Shown here piece after piece: positions 51,893 to 58,752 of a DNA stretch of 58,752 nucleotides; position 1 is the stretch's first letter, and every line of letters begins with the position of its first letter. Source of the stretch: Octopus sinensis (lineage: Eukaryota). The stretch lies in NCBI RefSeq assembly GCF_006345805.1, contig NW_021833861.1:1-58752 (forward strand), written 5' to 3'. The notes under the pieces were generated by a model. It had not been told where the DNA came from, searched no databases, and worked only from the letters and a program-made list of their open reading frames with translations. The position numbers and the translations under genes are program-made.

Positions 51893-54320
51893 ATTTGGCT
51901 CAAAAGCAAATAGCAAGGCCATGTAGGGGGACATGGAGTTAAGTACAGGGTGGTGTTCATGTAAAGAGTTCAGGCCACTTGAGGTCCAGGGAGGCTTTGA
52001 ACAAAGCGGTCGTCGGCATCTTCACCATCTCGTCTGGCAGCTTGTTCCACGGATCCGCAACCCGGACGGAGAAAGCTCCTCTCCTTCGATTGAGATGAAA
52101 TCGTCGCAGGTAGAGCTTTTCGGAATGACCCCGCAGCCGACGCTCCGGAGCAGGAGTGAAGAACAGCTCTTTCGAGAGGTTACACTTCCCGCTTATGATG
52201 TTGTGGGCGAGAATGAGAACAAAGGTCGAGCGTCCTCAGCCTTTCTTCGTAGGACAAATTTTTGAGACCATGAACCATGCGGGTAGCCAGCCTCTGGACT
52301 CTTTCGAGGTGCTGTATGTCTTTGAGGAGCTAAGGAGAAGAGGCTTGAATCCCATACTCCAATATGGGTCTCACCAGCGTGACATAGAGTGGCAGGAATA
52401 TGGCTGCTGTGAGCATTCCGAATGACCGTCGAATCAAAAACAGAATTCCGCGCGCTTTGTTGGCAGCATGGACGCACTGGGCCGAAGGCGAAAAGAGGGA
52501 ATCCACCAAGATACCCAGGTCCTTTACCTGATCGGTCCTCTCAGCAGCAGACGACCCGGCTCGAAATCAAGTGAGTTGGTTGCAGGAGTGAGCCGACAGG
52601 CAGATGACAGCACTTTGACACGTTCAGACACAGGTCCCAATCGTTAGACCACTTCCAAATTGGTGGAGGCATCGACGAAGATCCTCTATACTACCGCGAG
52701 GAGCGACCAGTTTGATATCGTCGGCAAATAGAAGGGTGTGTTGCGTGAGGTCGTCGGGCAAGTCATTTATGAAGACTAAGAACAACAAGGGCCAAGCACT
52801 GAACCTTGAGGCACGCCACTGCTCGCACTGGAGACGTCGGACCGCGAACCATTAACTTGGACTTGGAAGGAGCGATCTGAGAGGAAGGCACCAACCCATC
52901 GTACAATATCCGGATGGAAACTATATGCTTGAAGCTTGACAAGTAGTAGGCGGTGGTTTACCGAGTCAAAAGCTTTGGCAAAGTCCAATAAAACGATGTC
53001 AACAGCATCACTATCATCGAGGATGCGCGTCACCAATTCTTCCATTACTAGTAAGTTGGTCAAGCATGATCTCTTCGGCACGAAGCCGTGTTGGGAATCA
53101 GTGATCGAGGCTATGTTTAGGAGGTGGAGCATCATCATACTTTTCTTAAGGATGGTTTCGAACATCTTGCTGATTATTGATGTAAGGGAAACCGGTCGGT
53201 AGTTAAGCGGGTCTTCGCGGCTCCCTTTCTTGAAAATGGGCAGATTATCGCTGTTCTCCAGTCTGCAGGTATAACACCAGTCGCCAATGACATATTGAAT
53301 AGTCGTGTTAAGGGCTCGCAGATGACCGGAGCCAACGCTTTGATAACCCGTGGGTGTATGCCGTCAGGGCCGTGACCTTGTTGACATCGAGGCCTTGAAT
53401 AACCCGTTTGACTTGGTCCCGCGTGATGATCAATCGAAGCATTGGAGGTACCGATCTATCAAAGGAGGGGGTTCACGACCATCATCTTGTTTGAAAATAG
53501 TTGAAAAAGCCTCGGCAAATAATTGACTCTGTTGATAAGGGTCCTCAATCGATACGCCTGTTGAGTCTACCAACGTTGCAATCTGGTTGTTCAAGCGGGA
53601 ATTCCGCTGGACATGGGCAAAGAAGGTTTTTGGATTGCTACTGGCATTTGCCGCGATTTTGTATTCATAACTGAAGCGTTCTTTCTTTTCAATTTTCACG
53701 GCTCGGTCTCGTTGAGTTTGTACACCTCAAAAGCTGCAGTCGAATCCAGATTTTTGAATTCAGCCCAAGCAATATCTCTGAGTCGACGTTCTCGTTTAAA
53801 CTTCTTCGTCACCAGGGCTTGTGTTTCTTCCCTTGGGAAGTCCAACGGGAACTGCCTGGTCAGTCAAACAGATTACATATGCTTTGAGGGATGACCATAG
53901 TTCGTCAACTGAGGACAACGTCATCAGGGAACGCCAGTCCAGAAGCGCGGAAGCCTCGGTTAGAATTTCAAGATTAATTGCAGAGAAGACTCTACATGGC
54001 AGCGAAGTTCATGGGCGTGGAAAAAGTTGTGTGCATGACGAACTTCAGGACCGCATGATCACTCTGGCAAGAGGGGCGCACACAGATACGTCTGACACTG
54101 ATTTGGATAGCGGGGGAGAATACCAGATCTAGCATAGATGGTTGCTGCCCAGACCGATGCCTTGTCGGATATTCAACATGTTGCGATAGAAAACAATCTT
54201 CAGCCACGTCAAGAAGGGCCTGGCCGAACCGGGAAGATGTACAAATTGATGCGGGCCAATCGATCGTGGGAGCGTTGAAGTCGCCTCACACCATCAACCG
54301 TTGTCAAACGGTGGTGGGGA
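51855..54320 (-). mobile_element. 5'-truncated CR1/L2-type LINE (APE C-terminus + RT), frameshifted, with a (TAAC)n tail
   Basis: GDFNAPTIDW; LDLVF..SDHAVL; PIFKKGSREDPLNYRPVSLTS; QHGFVPKRSCLTNLL; DFAKAFDSVNH; GVPQGSVL; LFADD; RGHSEK..FSVRVADPWNKLP; tail at 51855-51892. Confidence 0.93.
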
Positions 54321-55074
54321 TAAAATATGTACACTAAGACACGCACATGCGCGCAAAAACACATTTGTGGAATGGAATAGGTAAGACAGGAAAAGACACG
54401 TGGGAAGGAAAGTGATTGAAGAGTTCTCAGGATATGTGACAAATGACGATTTGAAGTGGGAAATTCGCAGGTTGTGTGCAATATAGTGAGTGGACGTGAT
54501 ACCAATACTAATAATTAGTGCGCATGAAAGTATCAGCACTCAACTACCAACATGGCTCAAAAGGATTTGTAGAAATGTAACGGTTGGGCACCAACAAAAA
54601 CCACCATTGCTTGGAATTGGAAGAGCTCTCTGAAGTGCTCCTGAGACATGATCAGTAAACAAGGGTAATTTAAACGTGAGTGCGGGACTGAGTGGTGAAG
54701 TTGACAACGAAAGGAAGTCGAAAGAAGCAGACGGAGGAAAGGAACGTAAGTACTAGAAGAGGAAGAAATGGACAAAAAAAGAAACGAAAGAAGAAATAGA
54801 AGAGTGGAGATGAGGAAAGGGAGCGAAAGAAGAGGAGGGGTAGCATCGTAGTTTTTTTTGTAGTGTTAAGGAATTTATATCCTTTGTTGTAAATGTCAGG
54901 GTAAAATGTCAGTTCTAAAAATAGATGTAAAAAAGACAGTCAGCGGGTCAATTCTGTTCTTGAAAATGGCTATAGTTGGTCGGGCGTATCAAAAAATTGA
55001 CTTTGAAATAAATTGAAATTTGATGATGTTCCAGTAGGAATGGATTCATTGTCCCAAGCCATTGAAGTAACGCG

Positions 55075-55307
55075 TACACGAGTTGCATGTCTCTATCTCG
55101 GCAGAAACGGTAGCACGACGGGCGGAATGCGTTGCCGTATTTCGTCTGCCGTTACGTTGTGAGTACAAATTCCGCCGAGGTCGACTTTACCTTTCATCCT
55201 TTCGGGGTCGATAAATTAAGTACCAGTTACGCACTGAGGTCGATGTAATTGACTTAATCCCTTTGTCCCCTCTATGTTTAGCCCCTTGTGGGCAATAAAG
55301 AAATATA
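55075..55307 (+). mobile_element. SINE family 2, well preserved
   Basis: GGCAGAAACGGTAGCACG head, GAGTACAAATTCCGCCGAGGTCGACTTT, TTTCATCCTTTTCGGGGTCGATAAATTAAGTACCAG, AATAAAGAAAT tail. Confidence 0.92.
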
Positions 55308-55631
55308 TCTCTCATCTTTAATAATTTCAGCCATTGAAGTGTGGCCATCCTGGGGCACTGCCATCAAGGGTCTCAGTCGATCGTATTACACCTAATATCT
55401 ATATTTTGAAACTCAGATATTAAATCTGTCGATATATACACCGAGCTGCAATGTACTGCAGTTTCTGCGTGTGTCTGCTTATGCGACAGTGATAGCTCGC
55501 GCGTATACTATACAATGTATGGCAAGTATCGGTAGTAAGCGCGTAAGGTGGGAATGATATACAACACACCCCCAAATGCACAAACGCTCACATTTACGTA
55601 CAAGTGCCTGTTTATGAAGTATAGAAATATA

Positions 55632-55797
55632 TGAGCTTTTATGTAATAAGAGGCTTCTTTCTCAACCATATGATTCGGGGTTCAGTCCTACTGCACTGCA
55701 ACATGCGCAGCTGTCTTCTGTTATAGCCTCAGGCCAACCGCCAACCAGAGCCTTGTGAGTGAATTTGGCAGACAGAAACAGAAAGAAGCCCGATGCA
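55632..55797 (+). mobile_element. SINE family 1, diverged 5' half
   Basis: GGGGTTCAGTCCTACTGC..GCCTTGTGAGTGAATTTGG..GAAAGAAGCCCG. Confidence 0.75.
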
Positions 55798-55807
55798 TAT
55801 ATATATT

Positions 55808-56041
55808 ACTCTTTACTCTTTTACTCTTTTACTTGTTTCAGTCATTTGACTGCGGCCATGCTGGAGCACCACCTTTAGTCGAGCAAATCGACCCCGGGAC
55901 TTATTCTTTGTAAGCCCAGTACTTATTCTATCGGTCTCTTTTGCCGAACCGCTAAGTGACGGGGACGTAAACACACACCAGCGTCGGTTGTCAAGCAATG
56001 CTAGGGGGACAAACACAGACACACAGACACACACACACACA

Positions 56042-56085
<44 letters not shown>

Positions 56086-56291
56086 ATATATATATGAAAC
56101 AGACACACAAATACACTCATAAACATACACACACTTATACGACGGGCTTCTTTCAGTTTCCGTCAACCAAATCAACTCACAAGACTTTGGTCGGCCTGAT
56201 GCTATAGTAGAAGACACTTGCCCAAGGTGGGATTGAACTCGGAACCAGGTGGTTGGGAAGCAAACATCTTACCACACATCCACACCTGTGT
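55808..56291 (-). mobile_element. SINE family 1, full length
   Basis: (CTTTTACT)n tail, core and head, in reverse orientation. Confidence 0.93.
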
Positions 56292-56339
56292 GTATATATA
56301 AAACACACACACACCACACATATATATATATATAAAATT

Positions 56340-56396
<57 letters not shown>

Positions 56397-57620
56397 ATAT
56401 AATAATATATATTATATATACTTCTGGTTTCATTGAAGAAAGATGTACTTTTTTGTTCTCCTGAAACAACCAAAAATGGACTTGCATAAATCGACGAAAA
56501 AATTTGCTAAAGCTGACAAAAACCTAAAACTTGTCATTTCGTAACAGGATTCATCATTTCATAATGGGATTCAAAGCTGCCAAATAACCTAAGAGATCTG
56601 CATAGAGTGGAGTTAGATTTTTCATGAATTATCTCATCCTTCTGCTGTTTAAAATCCCAGAAACGGAAATGAGGTTGGGGCTGAAACAGGTAGAAGAATC
56701 AAAGAATCAAAGGATCAAAGAATCAAAGATTAATATCAGACTCTTACTTACCAAAGCCCACTACATGAGAATTACCGTTAAAAAGTTGCCCGTGAAACTG
56801 GCGGTGCAGCAGCACGGCTGTAGCCTTTGGAGTAAAAGAATAGCAAATTAAAACACACACACAATATTTTCCTTGGCAGAATTATCCAAATTCCCCTACT
56901 TTACACAATTTTCTCGCAATAAGTTGACACTAGTGAACAGGGACTGTGACGAGTTGAATGTTGTGCGCAGGAGCTGCTATTTCCAGCACATGCATGGATC
57001 GATACTTGTGGTTTTCAGTGATTCAGCTGTGTTGAATGGGAAACAGAACACATACCGAAACATGTTACCACAAGTACATATTGAATGACGTAAATAACAT
57101 ACCTTTCATGGAGCGATGGAGCGAGGATTTCACATTATGTGAACACGAAGCTATCAAGGAGCATTAAAGACTAGAGTATGTGGAACATCACAGTGTAATC
57201 TTCACTTTGGAACAAACTCTATCTTATTGTGACATGCATTCACAGTCTTCAATATAATGGGCGGCAATATATATATAATATATAATATATAATATATAAT
57301 ATATTATATATTATCATTATATAATTAAATAAGGATAGAAATAATAGTTGATGTTATCATATTAAAACAGTGGCTTAGCATATTTTAAATATCTAAGGAT
57401 TAAAAATTGTGTTACATACAATATTTAGAGGACTGACCTCTAAAGGTGGACAGCCTATATGCTAAACATAGACGTCAAATCGCCATTACCACGAATAATG
57501 TGTTCTCAAGAAAAATCTCAGCAAAAAAAAAACAAAATATAAAAATAAGCAACACATGAAGATATACGAAAAAATATATAAATATATATATATAAATATA
57601 AATATATATACACACACGCA

Positions 57621-57654
<34 letters not shown>

Positions 57655-57679
57655 ACACACACACACATATATATATATA

Positions 57680-57872
57680 GGGTCCGGCATTCGCCATGAT
57701 AGATCGTTATCCACTATACTTTTTTCTATTTTCTCTCCCTGTTTATTTTTGTGTTCCTTTCCGTAGAAGAGCGTGGGGTTGAAACGTAAAAGACTTTCTC
57801 ACTTCCCGACTATTAAAGTAATACATCTGTTTATTGTTTACTCATCCGTCTTCGTCTTTGTGTTTTTTGTTA
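57680..57872 (+). mobile_element. PLE-terminus-like element with a hammerhead-like motif (57757-57792)
   Basis: CTTT-CCGTAGA-A-GAGC-GTGG-GGTT-GAAACGTA-AAAG; 3' end abuts (TA)n. Confidence 0.55.
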
Positions 57873-57878
57873 AATTGT

Positions 57879-57942
<64 letters not shown>

Positions 57943-57949
57943 CTATACA

Positions 57950-58310
57950 GTCTTCTCCACCTCATCATCGCTTAAAGTCTATCTTCCAGGCATACATGGG
58001 TAGGACTGTTCACAGGAGCTGGCCAAGTAGAAAATCTACCACATTTTACTCTCTCTTGGAAGGGTTTTATACACCTGGTACCCTTGCTAATAATACCAAC
58101 CACTCTGAAGCGTGTATTCAATGTATTTCACGTGGCCCTAACACATGCGATGTTAATTTCGGAATGATTTTTACAGATGGACAGCCTTCCAAATGCCAAT
58201 CACTTTACAATGTGGACTGGATGCCTTTTACGTGGCACCAACACTGGCAGGATCACCAAGTAACTCGCAAGACAGGGAACTATGAGAAGGGCAGGGGCAT
58301 TTGAAGAGGG
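57950..58310 (-). mobile_element. RTE-type LINE/SINE 3' tail fragment
   Basis: TTTACAGATGGACAGCCTTCCAAATGCCAATCACTTTACAATGTGGACTGGATGCCTTTTACGTGGCACC, the reverse of the 46860 family. Confidence 0.5.
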
Positions 58311-58752
58311 CAGCTCGTGTCTAAGGATAAAAGGGTAGAGTGCGACAAAGAGATCTAAGTGAAGTAGTATGTTGGGTGCATCTTATTTTCATTGTATATT
58401 CGGTGACCGCGATGATAAGTTTTATCATGAGATCCGCCTATGTTACAGGACTCGTTTGATTAATCGCCTTTAGGTGCAACATAATATAGCAGTAAAACTC
58501 GTCAGTTGAATAATGTTATACAATATATTTATTTTCTACTCGTTGTGAGAGATATATTTCTGTACATTTCAATAAAATATCACGATACATGTGTGTCGTT
58601 GTATGAGTTAGCGGTGTGTTTGACTCTATGTTTATGTATGCATGTGTGCTATGTGTGTGTGTGTGTGTGTGTATTTATGACTATATGCGTATGGTTATGT
58701 GTATAAACAGATGTATAATATGCATATATTATGTATATGTGTGCATATACAT

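Noticed and set aside
56750-57100. Faint mariner-like HTH/DDE words
   Set aside because: No TIRs found and the motifs are not convincing.

Overview
AT-rich, microsatellite-saturated animal genomic DNA. The tRNA-derived SINE families look like those of Octopus or another coleoid; this is recognition from memory, not a database result. I find no credible host protein-coding exon and no true RNA gene, and almost all ORFs in the track are translations of (TA)n/(CA)n/(AAG)n repeats. The window is a transposon landscape. It holds one nearly intact, GC-rich Neptune-type Penelope-like element (PLE, RT + GIY-YIG) with an unusual ~3.1 kb 3' extension ending in a minimal hammerhead-like motif, and several decayed PLEs. 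It also holds a full-length dead mariner, a 5'-truncated CR1/L2-type LINE, two Dong/R4-type RLE-LINE fragments, a non-autonomous TIR element with an 8-bp TSD, and many SINE copies. The best candidate system is PLE biology tied to (TA)n microsatellites: several short elements carry a hammerhead-like core ~80-100 nt from a (TA)n junction, and 130-370 bp foldback palindromes recur, one of them centred exactly on a hammerhead core. All translations and alignments were done by eye, so boundaries are approximate.
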